Source of the DNA: Gammaproteobacteria bacterium RIFCSPLOWO2_12_47_11
Lineage (GTDB): Bacteria; Pseudomonadota; Gammaproteobacteria; Eutrophobiales; Eutrophobiaceae
Direction: 5' to 3'
Assembly (NCBI GenBank): GCA_001801885.1
Contig: MGYU01000075.1
Location: forward strand, 1 to 52,668
Length of the DNA: 52,668 nt
Positions 1-10,391 of the stretch are shown one piece after another (the first letter of the stretch is position 1; every line of letters begins with the position of its first letter). The notes beneath the pieces were generated by a model. The model saw only the letters and a program-made list of their open reading frames with translations. It was not told the DNA's origin and ran no database searches. Position numbers and translations under genes: made by a program.

Positions 1-18
1 TTCCAGACAAAGTAAAAA

Positions 19-1011
19 TTATACGACAGTTGACATCAGATCTGTTGTGCGCTGCAGGACTTCAATACCTGCTCCGGGTTTATGTGCGTTTTCACTGATC
101 TGCCGGCGGAAGGTGCGGGCACCGGGTTGTCCCTGGTACAAGCCGAGGATATGCCGGGTCATTGCATTGAGAGGGACACCCAGTGATAATTGTTGTTTAA
201 CATATCCCCTGAATTTATCCAGTATTTCATCTCTGCTAGGCGGTCCGGAGTTGTCATTAAAAATCATCCTGTCTGCTTCCGCTAACAGGTAAGGGTTTTG
301 ATAGGCAGCACGGCCAATCATTACGCCATCGACATGAGGCAACTGAATCTTGATTTCTGCCATGCTGGTGAAGCCGCCGTTGATAATAATTTCGAGTTCA
401 GGAAAATCTTTTTTGAGTTGATAGACCTTTTCATATTCCAGGGGCGGTATCTCGCGGTTTTCTTTCGGGCTCAGACCATTCAACCAGGCCTTGCGCGCGT
501 GCATGATAAATGTTTTGCAACCAGCAGCGCTTACCGTTTGAACAAATGAAATTAATTCTTCATAGCTGTCGCGGTCATCAATGCCAAGACGCATTTTTAC
601 TGTCACCGGGATGCTGACGTTGTTCTGCATGGTGCCGGCACATTCAGCCACAAGTTCCGGTTCTGCCAGCAGACATGCGCCGAATTTCCCTGATTGCACC
701 CGGTCACTCGGGCAACCCACATTCAGATTCACTTCATCATAACCCATGTCTTCTGCAATTTGTGTGCATGCAGATAATTCAGCCGGATCACTGCCACCGA
801 CCTGCAAGGCCAGAGGATGTTCACGTTCTGAATAATCCAGCAGGTGATCGCGATCGCCATGCACAATCGCCCGGGATGTAATCATTTCGGTATAAAGCAG
901 GGTATGTTTGCTGATGAGGCGCAGGAAATACCGGAAGTGGCGGTCAGTGCGGTCCATCATGGGGGCAATGGATAATTTTCTGTCAGGTTTTTGCTTCAAT
1001 ACGTTCTCCAT
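19..1011 (-). CDS. dusA: tRNA-dihydrouridine(20/20a) synthase DusA
   Basis: The translation aligns along its length with my memory of E. coli DusA (SIAPMMDRTDRHFRYF, NLNVGCPSDRVQSGKFGACLL, PKENREIPPL, DGVMIGRAAYQNP). I prefer the internal ATG at 1011 (MENVLK) over the track start at 1047. Confidence 0.93.
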   Translation of the reverse strand: MENVLKQKPDRKLSIAPMMDRTDRHFRYFLRLISKHTLLYTEMITSRAIVHGDRDHLLDYSEREHPLALQVGGSDPAELSACTQIAEDMGYDEVNLNVGCPSDRVQSGKFGACLLAEPELVAECAGTMQNNVSIPVTVKMRLGIDDRDSYEELISFVQTVSAAGCKTFIMHARKAWLNGLSPKENREIPPLEYEKVYQLKKDFPELEIIINGGFTSMAEIKIQLPHVDGVMIGRAAYQNPYLLAEADRMIFNDNSGPPSRDEILDKFRGYVKQQLSLGVPLNAMTRHILGLYQGQPGARTFRRQISENAHKPGAGIEVLQRTTDLMSTVV

Positions 1012-1082
1012 TTCAATACACCATCCCTGGCACTGGATTCTGTACATTCCTGTACAGAATGACGATATATATTGCTTGAATT

Positions 1083-1751
1083 TTAAAACCTGGATTTTTC
1101 AAGAATCATCCGGGTAAAAACAGTCCTTAAATAGAAACCCCGTGGTAATGTCTTGACGATATCACCATCGGCATTGATGCCTGATCGTAATGATCTGGCG
1201 TTTTGTGCCTTGGGTCTGATTTGCAGATACTTGCCGTATCTTGCCGTGATCTGATCCAGTTGTCCCATCATGACCATATTCATCAGCTCATCCCAGTCCT
1301 GACGAAGTATTTTTTCCTGTGACAGATTGGGACTCCAGAGAATAGCATTTCCAATTCGTCTTTGGGCCAGAGGAATAGTTGTATCTGCCTCAACCGGCAC
1401 CCACAAAACACGGGACAATTTTCGTCTGACCAGTGAATCTTCCCAATGTGAACTGTCACCGGGCAGAAGTGAGACAGTACATACAAAGGTGGATTCTTTC
1501 GGTTTTCCATTTTTCCCTATGGGCAGGGTCTTCAGTTCAACACCAATATGGCGGAAATCAGGCTCGGGCAATGAGCCTGCACTGGCACCCAGATAATCTT
1601 CCAGCAGTTCGCCAATATGTCCTTTGGCCCTGGTCAATTGTTCAGGTAATACGGTTTGCCGGAGCGTGGCTATCTGTTGCAGGGTTTTGCCCGCAATGGC
1701 AGCTGCTCTTTCCATGAGAACAGCTTCGGAATCCGGCGGTAACACTCTCAT
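1083..1751 (-). CDS. mutH: DNA mismatch repair endonuclease MutH
   Basis: 222 aa. Motifs resemble E. coli MutH: GASAGSLPEPDF..GVELKT, STFVCTV, RRKLSRVLWVPVE, YLQIRPKA, LPRGFYLR. Confidence 0.92.
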   Translation of the reverse strand: MRVLPPDSEAVLMERAAAIAGKTLQQIATLRQTVLPEQLTRAKGHIGELLEDYLGASAGSLPEPDFRHIGVELKTLPIGKNGKPKESTFVCTVSLLPGDSSHWEDSLVRRKLSRVLWVPVEADTTIPLAQRRIGNAILWSPNLSQEKILRQDWDELMNMVMMGQLDQITARYGKYLQIRPKAQNARSLRSGINADGDIVKTLPRGFYLRTVFTRMILEKSRF

Positions 1752-1757
1752 TATTGC

Positions 1758-4424
1758 CTAGTTGGACTCCAGGCTGGTAATAATGGAATTCCGGAGACAT
1801 TCATATTTTATCGGATCAGTGATGATTTTGTTTTTTCTGTCAGTGATAAAAAATATATCTTCGACGCGGGCACCATAGGTCGCAATTTTTGCACCATGCA
1901 ATCTGGCACCACAGAAATCGAGCGCCATGCCGATCCTTGAAAGAATGCCGGGACGGTCTGTGGTAATGACCTCCATGATATTGCGATTATTCTTTTTATC
2001 CGGTGTGAAATTGATTTGTGTTGGAATAGCAAAATGTTTTAATTGACGTGATCTGACACGGGCAATTCTCCGGGGCAAATTATCAGGTGAAATCAGCGCC
2101 TGTTGTAATCCTTTTGTCAGTTCTTCGCGTCTTTGTCTGCCACTGACAATTTCACCGGACCTTTCCAGAATAATATATGAGTCGAGTGTATAGTCATTAT
2201 CAGAAGTAATAATGCGCGCATCCATAATAGTGAAACCCAGTCTGTCCATGGTGCGTGTAGTCGCGGCAAATATATTATCGCAGTTTTTCATGTATATAAA
2301 TACTTCAGTGCCGCCACGGGATGATTTCTCCCGGATCATGATCAGGGGTTTTTCTGTATCGGTGATTTTGCTGATGGCTTCAGTATGCCAGGCGATTTCA
2401 TCGGCTGAATAACGGATAAAGTAATCATTGCCCAGGCTTTTCCAGAGTAAGTTAATATCCAGTGTTGTTCTATTCTTGTTCTTGATCAGTGCCAGGGCCT
2501 GCTGTTTGGTTTCATCGATCAATGCTTTCTTGTTGATCGGTTTTTCCAGACCACGCCTCAGGGCCAGCAGGGTTTTCTGGTACAGATCAGCCAGCAGTGC
2601 TTCTTTCCAGCTGTTCCAGAGTTCAGGATTGGTGCCTCGTATATCGGCAACAGTCAGCAGGTAAAGATAATTCAGATGGTTCCTGTCACGGATTATTCCC
2701 GCAAACTTGTTTATGACTTCCGGATCACTGAGGTCCATACGCTGCGCAGTTTTGGATATTAGCAGATGGTTTTCCACCAGCCAGCCCACCAATCGCGCAT
2801 CATATTCACTCAGACCATGCAGCTTGCAGAATTTGACAGCATCTTTTGCGCCCAGGATGGAATGATCGCCGCCACGGCCCTTGGCGATATCATGAAACAG
2901 GCCAGCCAGGTACAATAATTCCTGCTTGGGAAGTGTGGTAAGTATCTTGTTATAAACTGTATTTTGTTTGCCACTATCAGGTATTGCAAACAAACGCATG
3001 TTCTGCACAACAAACAGGATATGTTCATCCACCGTGTAGACATGAAATAAATCGAACTGCATCAGTCCTTCAATATCACCGTATGCGGGCAGGTATTTGC
3101 TGAGAATTCCATAGCGATGCATGCGCCTGAGTTCATGTCCGACATGCCGCGGTTGCCGGATAATTTCCATAAACAGGCTGCGATTGCGTATGTCCTGGCG
3201 GAATTCCTTGTCAATCAGGCTGCAATGTTTATGAATGAGCCTGACTGTACTGGCCCGGACCCCCTGTATTGACGGGTTTTGCTGGATTAAAAGGAAGAGT
3301 TCCAGCAAGGCAAAAGGGTAACGTTTGAATACATTATTATTGCAGGCTTCCAGAAAATTATTACGGATCTGGAAGCGGCGATTCAGTGGTTTTATCTTTT
3401 CCCTGCGATTTGCATATATGATCGCCTCCTGGAAATGTTGTAACAATATTTCATTCAGGATATTCAGTTCGCGTACGGTCCGGTAGTACATTTTCATGAA
3501 TTGTTCGACACCACTGTTGTCCTGCGAGCGGAAACCGAGCAATTCAGCCACATTGCGCTGGTAATCAAACAGCAGCCGGTCTTCACGATGATTGGTAATA
3601 AAATGCAATGCATAACGGATACGCCAGAGCAGGGACTGCCCGGCATTCAGGATCCGGTATTCCTCAGCCGACAGAAAATCATGTGTGATCAGGTCTTTTA
3701 ATGTATCAGCCCCAAAGTGCCGTTTCGCCACCCAGCCGATCATCTGGATATCGCGCAGACCTCCAGGCCCTTCTTTTATATTAGGCTCCAGTTTATGTTC
3801 CGAGTTATCGTATTTTTTGTGTCTTTCAATTTGTTCTTTAAGTTTTGCCTCAAAGAATTTTTTGGTGGGCCATATCTTTTTAGGGCCGGTTTGCCTGCAC
3901 ATCTCATTATATATGGAGGCGTTTCCAGCCAGTAATCGGGACTCCATGAGATTGGTGGCGACGGTAATGTCATTTTTTGCCTCATAAATACAGTCCTTGA
4001 TAGTACGCACGCTATGTCCGACTTCCAGGCCGATGTCCCAGAGAAAGATCAGGAATTTTTCTATGGACTGGTTTAATGGTTTGCTGCGCCGTGTGTTGAC
4101 CAGGATCATCAGATCAATGTCCGAGGCCGGATGCAGTTCACCGCGTCCGTAACCGCCGACCGCAACCAGGGCCAGTTCATCATTTGTAATGATGTGCCCC
4201 CATGCGGCCATCAACAATTGATCGATCAGCCAGGCACGTTGTTTAACCAGCGTGTTGACCGGCATGCCAGCAACAAATGCCTCATTGAGCAGTTGATGAC
4301 CGGTGCTCCAGGCCTGTTTGAACACACTGAGGGGTTGCCTTGTTTGTTGTAATTCCCGGATGAATAATTGCTTGTTGAATAAATCGGCAAGTAACTCGGG
4401 GGCAGCTATGTGGGTTTGCTGCAT
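1758..4424 (-). CDS. glnD: [protein-PII] uridylyltransferase / uridylyl-removing enzyme GlnD
   Basis: 888 aa. It has a nucleotidyltransferase motif (GGYGRGELHPASDIDL), an HD domain (LFHDIAKGRGGDHS) and two C-terminal ACT-like regions. The mutH-glnD-map arrangement is canonical. Confidence 0.95.
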   Translation of the reverse strand: MQQTHIAAPELLADLFNKQLFIRELQQTRQPLSVFKQAWSTGHQLLNEAFVAGMPVNTLVKQRAWLIDQLLMAAWGHIITNDELALVAVGGYGRGELHPASDIDLMILVNTRRSKPLNQSIEKFLIFLWDIGLEVGHSVRTIKDCIYEAKNDITVATNLMESRLLAGNASIYNEMCRQTGPKKIWPTKKFFEAKLKEQIERHKKYDNSEHKLEPNIKEGPGGLRDIQMIGWVAKRHFGADTLKDLITHDFLSAEEYRILNAGQSLLWRIRYALHFITNHREDRLLFDYQRNVAELLGFRSQDNSGVEQFMKMYYRTVRELNILNEILLQHFQEAIIYANRREKIKPLNRRFQIRNNFLEACNNNVFKRYPFALLELFLLIQQNPSIQGVRASTVRLIHKHCSLIDKEFRQDIRNRSLFMEIIRQPRHVGHELRRMHRYGILSKYLPAYGDIEGLMQFDLFHVYTVDEHILFVVQNMRLFAIPDSGKQNTVYNKILTTLPKQELLYLAGLFHDIAKGRGGDHSILGAKDAVKFCKLHGLSEYDARLVGWLVENHLLISKTAQRMDLSDPEVINKFAGIIRDRNHLNYLYLLTVADIRGTNPELWNSWKEALLADLYQKTLLALRRGLEKPINKKALIDETKQQALALIKNKNRTTLDINLLWKSLGNDYFIRYSADEIAWHTEAISKITDTEKPLIMIREKSSRGGTEVFIYMKNCDNIFAATTRTMDRLGFTIMDARIITSDNDYTLDSYIILERSGEIVSGRQRREELTKGLQQALISPDNLPRRIARVRSRQLKHFAIPTQINFTPDKKNNRNIMEVITTDRPGILSRIGMALDFCGARLHGAKIATYGARVEDIFFITDRKNKIITDPIKYECLRNSIITSLESN

Positions 4425-4427
4425 GGT

Positions 4428-5195
4428 TCAGAGATCCTCTTCGGGACGTTTGGTCAGGACTTCGTGACCCTCTGCGGTGACCAGCACGGTATGTTCCCAT
4501 TGTGCGGACAAATTCCGGTCTTTGGTGACGACAGTCCAGTCATCTGACAGGAGTTTTACATGACGCTTACCGGCGTTGATCATGGGTTCTATGGTAAAGG
4601 TCATGCCTGCTTCCAGTGCCTGGCCGGTGTCTTTTTCACCATAATGCAGGATTTGCGGATCTTCATGAAATTCCTTTCCAATGCCGTGTCCACAGTATTC
4701 CCTGACCACAGAGTAGTGATGAGATTCTGCACATTGTTGTATGGCATGACCAATGTCCCCCAGCCTGACTCCGGGTTTGACCATCTTGATGCCGGTACGC
4801 ATGCATTCATAAGTCGTCTGTACCAGGCGTTTTGCCAGTATCGAAGGTGTGCCGACAAAGAACATCTTGCTGGTATCACCATGGTATTCGTCCTTGATGA
4901 CCGTGATATCGATATTAATAATGTCGCCATTCTTGAGTTTTTTGCCGCCCGGAATGCCGTGACAGACGACATGGTTGACCGAGGTACAGATCGATTTCGG
5001 GAAACCGCGATAATGCAACGGGGCCGGAACGGCTTGCAGAGTGCCAACAATGTAATCATGGCAAATCCGGTCCAGTTCAGCCGTGGTGGTCCCGGGTTGC
5101 ACATGGGTTTCTATCATCTGCAGGACCTTGGCCGCCAGTTGGCCAGCGATACGCATTTTTTCAATTTCAGCCGGGGTTTTGATTGTTACGGACAT
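4428..5195 (-). CDS. map: type I methionine aminopeptidase
   Basis: Metal-ligand motifs are present: NHVVCHGIP, DIINIDIT, GHGIG, FTIEPM, EHTVLVT. The start is set at MSVTIKTPAEIEKMR (ATG at 5195); the track start at 5225 adds 10 atypical residues. Confidence 0.94.
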   Translation of the reverse strand: MSVTIKTPAEIEKMRIAGQLAAKVLQMIETHVQPGTTTAELDRICHDYIVGTLQAVPAPLHYRGFPKSICTSVNHVVCHGIPGGKKLKNGDIINIDITVIKDEYHGDTSKMFFVGTPSILAKRLVQTTYECMRTGIKMVKPGVRLGDIGHAIQQCAESHHYSVVREYCGHGIGKEFHEDPQILHYGEKDTGQALEAGMTFTIEPMINAGKRHVKLLSDDWTVVTKDRNLSAQWEHTVLVTAEGHEVLTKRPEEDL

Positions 5196-5225
5196 ATTAA
5201 ATAATAGATAAGCAATTGTTATCAC

Positions 5226-5504
5226 AAGACTTCTATGTTATAAAACGCCCGCAGTTTAGTAGCTACCCCTGAAAATGTCACCCGTGATTTTTTTCAGAAA
5301 TAGAAATTTAGCATTCGCCCAGGCGAGCGTTATGTGCGATTGCAAAATGGCAGTATATCCCTATACTGCAAAACCTCTGAAAAGTTCAGAGTTCAATTAA
5401 CCCCACACGCGCACTGTAACTGTGTAATGGGTGCCCGGACAGAGTATCTGGACGGGTTATTACACGGGGTGTGCGGAGGCTTAACCCTACAGGAGAATAT
5501 AGTT
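5226..5504 (+). promoter_or_regulatory. divergent map/rpsB promoter region with candidate structured rpsB 5' leader
   Basis: A 279-nt gap lies upstream of rpsB. An imperfect hairpin spans 5422-5465 (GTGTAAT...ATTACAC enclosing CCCGGACAG/CTGGACGGG), followed by SD AGGAG at 5491. In gammaproteobacteria S2 autoregulates through a structured leader. Confidence 0.3.
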
Positions 5505-6506
5505 ATGTCTAATATCACCATGCGTGAAATGCTGGAGGCTGGCGTTCATTTCGGCCACCAGGCCCGGTTCTGGAACCCCAAAATGGCCCCTTTTCTGTTT
5601 GGCCAGCGTAACAAGATCCATATTATCAATCTTGAGCAGACACTACCGCTCTATCACGATGCCATAAATTTTGTCAGCAAGCTCACCGCCCGCAAAGGCA
5701 AGGTCCTGTTTGTTGGCACCAAACGCGCAGCACAATCCATTATTCAGGAAGAGGCCACACGTTGTGGCATGCCTTATATCAATCGCCGCTGGCTGGGTGG
5801 GTTATTGACGAATTTCAAAACTGTCAGGCAATCGATTAACCGTCTCAAGGACCTGGAGGCACAGAAACTTGACGGGACGCTGGACCGGATAGGCAAGAAG
5901 GAGCAGTTGATCCGCCGCCGTGAACTGGAAAAGCTGGAAAAGACATTGTCCGGAATAAAGGATATGCCAGGTCTGCCAGATGCCCTGTTCGTTATTGATG
6001 TGGGGTATGAATACATCGCTGTTAAAGAGGCGCAAAAACTGGGGATTCCGGTCGTCGGCGTGGTGGACAGCAACAACAGCCCGGATGGCATTGATTACAT
6101 CATACCCGGTAACGATGATGCCATACGTTCTATCAGGTTATATGCGAAAGGTATTGCTGACACGATCATAGAAAGCAGGCAATCCGTTGCACATCTGGGT
6201 GATGCGGGTGAGGGTGATGAATTTGTCGAGCTGGATGAAAGTGGCGTTCCTGTCGCAAAGGCTGATGCCGGGCCAACATCCAAAATCAAGGTCAAGAAAA
6301 AAGCAAAGCCCGGCAAAAAAGCAGACGTTAAAGTTGCCGATGTTGACAAGAAACCGGAAGTAAAGGCCGATGCTGACAAGAAACCGGAAGTAAAGGCGGA
6401 TGCTGACAAGAAACCGGAAGTAAGAACAGATGGTGCCGAAGCAAAAGCGGTGACAAAAAAGGCCACCAGGAAAACGGTCACCAGGAAAAAAGTGGCTAAA
6501 AAATAA
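5505..6506 (+). CDS. rpsB: 30S ribosomal protein S2 with about 80-aa lysine-rich C-terminal extension
   Basis: The protein starts [27 protein letters not shown] (ATG 5505, SD AGGAG 9 nt upstream). S2 homology runs to about residue 250. The tail is K/A/D/P/E/V-rich with [10 protein letters not shown] repeats. Confidence 0.95.
   Translation: MSNITMREMLEAGVHFGHQARFWNPKMAPFLFGQRNKIHIINLEQTLPLYHDAINFVSKLTARKGKVLFVGTKRAAQSIIQEEATRCGMPYINRRWLGGLLTNFKTVRQSINRLKDLEAQKLDGTLDRIGKKEQLIRRRELEKLEKTLSGIKDMPGLPDALFVIDVGYEYIAVKEAQKLGIPVVGVVDSNNSPDGIDYIIPGNDDAIRSIRLYAKGIADTIIESRQSVAHLGDAGEGDEFVELDESGVPVAKADAGPTSKIKVKKKAKPGKKADVKVADVDKKPEVKADADKKPEVKADADKKPEVRTDGAEAKAVTKKATRKTVTRKKVAKK
6346..6434 (+). repeat. 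in-frame 30-nt tandem repeat (about 3 copies) inside the rpsB 3' extension
   Basis: The unit gacaagaaaccggaagtaaaggcSgatgct occurs at 6355-6384 and 6385-6414, with a partial third copy from 6415. It encodes [10 protein letters not shown]. Confidence 0.9.
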
Positions 6507-6571
6507 TTGAAGGAGTAAGGGTTTTACGCAAGGATATTTTCAAGAGTAGAGAAAAATAGAGGAATTTTGGT

Positions 6572-7465
6572 ATGCAGATCACAGCCGGAATGGTTAAAGA
6601 ATTACGCGAGCGTACCGGCGCTGGTATGATGGATTGCAAAAAGGCCCTGGAAAAGGCCAAGGGTGATATCGAGAACGCGATTGAGGCCATGCGAAAATCA
6701 GGTGTTGCCAAGGCCGCAAAAAAGGCCGGTCGTATTGCAGCGGAGGGTAATATACTCATCAAGCAGAATGCTGAAACAGGTGAGACAGTCATCCTTGAAG
6801 TGAATTCCGAAACGGACTTTGTTGCCAAGGATGATAATTTCAAGAGCTTCAGCGAGCAGGTTGCGGACTGCATCCTGGCCAATCATCCCGCCAATGTAGA
6901 TGTACTCATGACCGTGCCGATTGCTGCCGGTTCCGGACAAACAGTCGAAGAAACGCGCCAGCAACTGGTCGCCAAGCTTGGCGAGAATCTCAGTGTCAGG
7001 CGGTTTTTGCTGCACAAACTGCAGGGTGACAGACTCGGTATTTATTTACACGGTACGCGGATAGGCGTACTTGTCGACATGCAATCGGGTGATGATACGC
7101 TGGCCAAGGACATTGCCATGCATGTAGCAGGTCATCAGCCACCACCAGTGTGTATTTCTGAGGATCAGATTGCAGCGGAAACGCTGGCAAAGGAAAAGGA
7201 TGTGTTTATTGCCCAGGCGCGGGAGAGCGGCAAGCCGGATAATATCATTGAAAAAATGGTTTCCGGACGCATTGCCAAATTCAAAAAGGAAATTACCCTG
7301 CTGGGCCAGCCCTTTGTTAAAGATCCGGAGACCACGGTTGACAAGCTACTGGCCAGGGCCGGAGCCAAAGTCAATCAGTTCATCCGCTATGAAGTCGGCG
7401 AGGGACTGGAAAAACGCAGTGATAATTTTGCTGAAGAAGTAATGGCACAGGCCAGGGGAGAATAA
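6572..7465 (+). CDS. tsf: translation elongation factor Ts
   Basis: The N-terminal UBA-like motif [24 protein letters not shown] is present, and the gene lies directly downstream of rpsB. Confidence 0.95.
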   Translation: MQITAGMVKELRERTGAGMMDCKKALEKAKGDIENAIEAMRKSGVAKAAKKAGRIAAEGNILIKQNAETGETVILEVNSETDFVAKDDNFKSFSEQVADCILANHPANVDVLMTVPIAAGSGQTVEETRQQLVAKLGENLSVRRFLLHKLQGDRLGIYLHGTRIGVLVDMQSGDDTLAKDIAMHVAGHQPPPVCISEDQIAAETLAKEKDVFIAQARESGKPDNIIEKMVSGRIAKFKKEITLLGQPFVKDPETTVDKLLARAGAKVNQFIRYEVGEGLEKRSDNFAEEVMAQARGE

Positions 7466-7469
7466 ACCC

Positions 7470-8210
7470 TTGGCAACCCCGGCAGAGATCAACAACAGTA
7501 TCAAATACCGGCGGGTTCTCATAAAACTCAGTGGCGAGGCTTTACTGGGCAATGCTGCGTATGGCATCGATCCTGCCATGATCCGGCGCATGGCCGAAGA
7601 GGTGACGGAGCTGGCCAGTGCCGATGTGCAGGTGGCCATTGTGATTGGTGGCGGTAATATCTTTCGGGGTGCAGGACTGGCTGCTGCCGGCGTAGACAGG
7701 GTCACGGCTGATCAAATGGGGATGCTCGCGACCATCATGAATTCACTTGCCATGCAGGATGCCCTGGAGCGGTTGGGGAAACATGCCCGCGTCATGTCGG
7801 CCATCAAAATGAACCAGATTTGTGAAGACTATATCCGCCGCCGTGCCATCCGCCATCTTGAAAAAGGCCGCGTTATTATACTGGCGGCCGGTACCGGCAA
7901 TCCTTTTTTTACAACGGACTCCGCGGCCAGCCTGCGGGCCATCGAGATCAATGCAGATTTACTGATTAAGGCCACCAAAGTGGATGGTGTCTATTCGGAT
8001 GATCCGGTCAAAAACAAATCTGCAAAACGTTATGTACAGCTGAGTTACGATGAAGTCCTGGAGCGAAAACTTAAAGTCATGGATGCCACGGCTGTTGTAC
8101 TATGCCGCGAAAACCATATGCCTCTCAGGGTGCTGGACATGACCCGGCCTGGTGCCCTGATGCGGGCAGTACAGGGTCTGGATGAAGGCACATTAGTAAC
8201 GAGCAAGTAG
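7470..8210 (+). CDS. pyrH: UMP kinase
   Basis: Motifs [36 protein letters not shown] and [12 protein letters not shown] are present. The apparent start is TTG at 7470. Confidence 0.94.
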   Translation: MATPAEINNSIKYRRVLIKLSGEALLGNAAYGIDPAMIRRMAEEVTELASADVQVAIVIGGGNIFRGAGLAAAGVDRVTADQMGMLATIMNSLAMQDALERLGKHARVMSAIKMNQICEDYIRRRAIRHLEKGRVIILAAGTGNPFFTTDSAASLRAIEINADLLIKATKVDGVYSDDPVKNKSAKRYVQLSYDEVLERKLKVMDATAVVLCRENHMPLRVLDMTRPGALMRAVQGLDEGTLVTSK

Positions 8211-8225
8211 TTAGGGAGGAAGGCG

Positions 8226-8783
8226 ATGACAAAGAATATTATCAGTAATGCTGATCAGCGCATGAACAAAAGTCTGGAAACATTGAAGCACGATTTGGGC
8301 AAGATCAGGACCGGTCGTGCACACACCAGTTTGCTGGATCATATTACCGTGAATTATTACGATAGCGAGGTACCTATCAACCAGGTGGGTAATGTCGGCG
8401 TGCTTGATGCCAGGACTTTGACCATAAACGCCTGGGATAAAAGTGCCATCCCGAATATCGAGAAGGCTATTTTAAGCTCTGATCTTGGTCTCAACCCGGT
8501 CACTGCAGGCGATGTCATTCGCATACCCTTGCCACCCCTGACTGAAGACAGGCGCAAGGAATTGATTAAAGTAGTCAGAGCAGAGGCCGAGAAGGCCAGG
8601 GTGGCCATCCGCAATATCAGGCGTGATGCCAATCATTCTTTCAAGGAAATGATAAAAAACAAAAGTATCTCGGAAGATGAAGAGCGACGTTCCGAGGATC
8701 GGGTCCAGAAATTGACGGATGATCACATCACTCTCATCGACAAGCTGATTGAAGAGAAAGAGAGTGAATTGATGGAAATCTGA
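8226..8783 (+). CDS. frr: ribosome recycling factor
   Basis: 185 aa with [39 protein letters not shown] and RNIRRDAN. Confidence 0.95.
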   Translation: MTKNIISNADQRMNKSLETLKHDLGKIRTGRAHTSLLDHITVNYYDSEVPINQVGNVGVLDARTLTINAWDKSAIPNIEKAILSSDLGLNPVTAGDVIRIPLPPLTEDRRKELIKVVRAEAEKARVAIRNIRRDANHSFKEMIKNKSISEDEERRSEDRVQKLTDDHITLIDKLIEEKESELMEI

Positions 8784-8824
8784 ACTGTCTGTTTCCTGTT
8801 ACATAATCAGTTTTTATCCTGTCA

Positions 8825-9580
8825 ATGACACATGCCGAAATTGAATTGAGTAAAACCATTCCCCATCATGTCGCTATTATCATGGATGGCAATGGCCGTT
8901 GGGCAAAACGGCGCAACCTGCCCAGGATCGCAGGTCACAAGGCCGGGGTTGCCACTCTCCGAAATATCGTCAAGGTTTGTGCAACTAAAAAGATTGAAGC
9001 CCTGACGGTGTACGCCTTCAGTAGTGAAAACTGGAAACGGCCTGGTTCAGAGGTCTCTCGCCTGCTTGAGTTATTCATGACTTCCCTGAAAAAGGAAGTG
9101 GACGCATTGCACAAAAACAATATCAGATTGCGGTTTATCGGGGATTTGAAAGTCTTTCCGGCAAACCTTCAAACACAGATAGCAAAAGCCACAAAAAAAA
9201 CTGAACGAAATACCGGGCTGCAATTTACGGTTGCAATCAACTATGGCGGTCGTTGGGACATTACCAGTGCTTTCAAGCGATTGGCTGTTGAAATCGAGAC
9301 CGGGAAGATCACTGTTGATGAAATTAATGAGGCACTGATAACCTCAACTGTTTCCTTGTCCGATGTGCCTGAACCTGATCTGTTCATACGCACCGGCGGG
9401 GAGATGCGCATCAGTAATTATCTGCTCTGGCAGATTGCCTACACTGAATTGTATTTTACTGATTGCCTGTGGCCGGATTTCAATATGGAGGAATTCAATG
9501 CCGCACTTACCTGGTATGCCGGGCGGGAAAGACGTTTCGGTCGTACCAGTGAACAACTGAAACAGGCCAGACATGCTTAA
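8825..9580 (+). CDS. uppS: di-trans,poly-cis-undecaprenyl-diphosphate synthase
   Basis: Motifs HVAIIMDGNGRWA, LTVYAFSSENWKRP, DLFIRTGGEMRISNYLLWQIAYTELYF and RRFG are present. Confidence 0.95.
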   Translation: MTHAEIELSKTIPHHVAIIMDGNGRWAKRRNLPRIAGHKAGVATLRNIVKVCATKKIEALTVYAFSSENWKRPGSEVSRLLELFMTSLKKEVDALHKNNIRLRFIGDLKVFPANLQTQIAKATKKTERNTGLQFTVAINYGGRWDITSAFKRLAVEIETGKITVDEINEALITSTVSLSDVPEPDLFIRTGGEMRISNYLLWQIAYTELYFTDCLWPDFNMEEFNAALTWYAGRERRFGRTSEQLKQARHA

Positions 9581-10391
9581 ACAACGTATTCTGACAGCCG
9601 TTATTCTGGGTTCGATTGTCATTGCCATCATCACCACAGGTTCACAAGTCCTGTTTTCTTTACTGATGGGTTTATTTGTTCTGGTTGGCGCATGGGAATG
9701 GGCAGGTTTATCAGGTCCTGATAAGCAACTGTACAGGATTGGTTATGCGATGCTTACAGCCGGGCTGTCATATCTTTTATTTTTGATTTTAGATAAAACC
9801 TCCAGTCATGGAATTTATATCATGGGTACATTATGGTGGTGTCTTGCCTCCATCATGGTGTTCTTTTATCAATGTGGCAGGCCAGCCATTCCAGAAAACA
9901 ATATATTGAAATATCTGTTCGGTTTTTGTGTCCTGATCCCGGCAACTCTCGGTCTGATTTATCTCTATGGTGCCGAAGGTGGCCTGCTACTGGTCCTGTT
10001 ATTGTTTATCCTGATATGGGTAATAGACAGCTCGGCCTATTTTGTTGGCAGGTGTTGGGGGAAGAAAAAACTTGCGAACCGGGTCAGCCCCGGCAAAAGC
10101 TGGGAGGGATTTATAGCAAGTCTGTTTGCCGCAGGCATTATGGCACTTGTCTATGTGAAATCAGGTCTTATATCAGTAACGAATACTACATACCTGATTA
10201 TTCTGTTTATTATTACGGCTGGATTTTCTGTAATTGGAGATCTGTTTGAGAGTATGTACAAACGCAATGCGAATCTGAAAGATAGCAGTCAATTATTACC
10301 GGGGCATGGGGGTGTGCTGGATCGTATTGACAGCCTGACAGCGGCAGTACCCGTTTATGCGCTGGGATTATGGCTGCTGGAGGCCAAATAA
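9573..10391 (+). CDS. cdsA: phosphatidate cytidylyltransferase
   Basis: Polytopic membrane protein carrying the CTP-transferase signature SPGKSWEG....[33 protein letters not shown]. Confidence 0.93.
   Translation: MLKQRILTAVILGSIVIAIITTGSQVLFSLLMGLFVLVGAWEWAGLSGPDKQLYRIGYAMLTAGLSYLLFLILDKTSSHGIYIMGTLWWCLASIMVFFYQCGRPAIPENNILKYLFGFCVLIPATLGLIYLYGAEGGLLLVLLLFILIWVIDSSAYFVGRCWGKKKLANRVSPGKSWEGFIASLFAAGIMALVYVKSGLISVTNTTYLIILFIITAGFSVIGDLFESMYKRNANLKDSSQLLPGHGGVLDRIDSLTAAVPVYALGLWLLEAK

Noticed and set aside
1-1082. Possibility of a dusA-targeting integrative element, since the 5' end of dusA is a known integration hotspot.
   Set aside because: The dusA 5' end abuts mutH with only a spacer of about 70 nt. 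There is no integrase, att-like duplication or foreign genes.
4560-5204. 214-aa plus-strand ORF, one of many similar long shadow ORFs (e.g. 16093-16521, 17383-17928, 19427-19915, 48587-49162, 9833-10249).
   Set aside because: Each lies entirely antisense to, or out of frame within, a strongly conserved gene (map, lpxD, lpxA, rnhB/dnaE, the TtpC-like gene, cdsA). Their translations have no recognisable motifs and low complexity. They are typical frame-shadow ORFs.
5334-5504. Upstream 57-codon extension of rpsB in the ORF track.
   Set aside because: S2 homology starts at [10 protein letters not shown] (ATG 5505), which has a good SD. The upstream part is Cys/His-rich nonsense lying in the leader region.
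6095-6481. 128-aa minus-strand ORF with the repeated [10 protein letters not shown] motif.
   Set aside because: It is the antisense reading of the 30-nt repeats in the rpsB tail. The repeat periodicity creates the apparent protein repeat.
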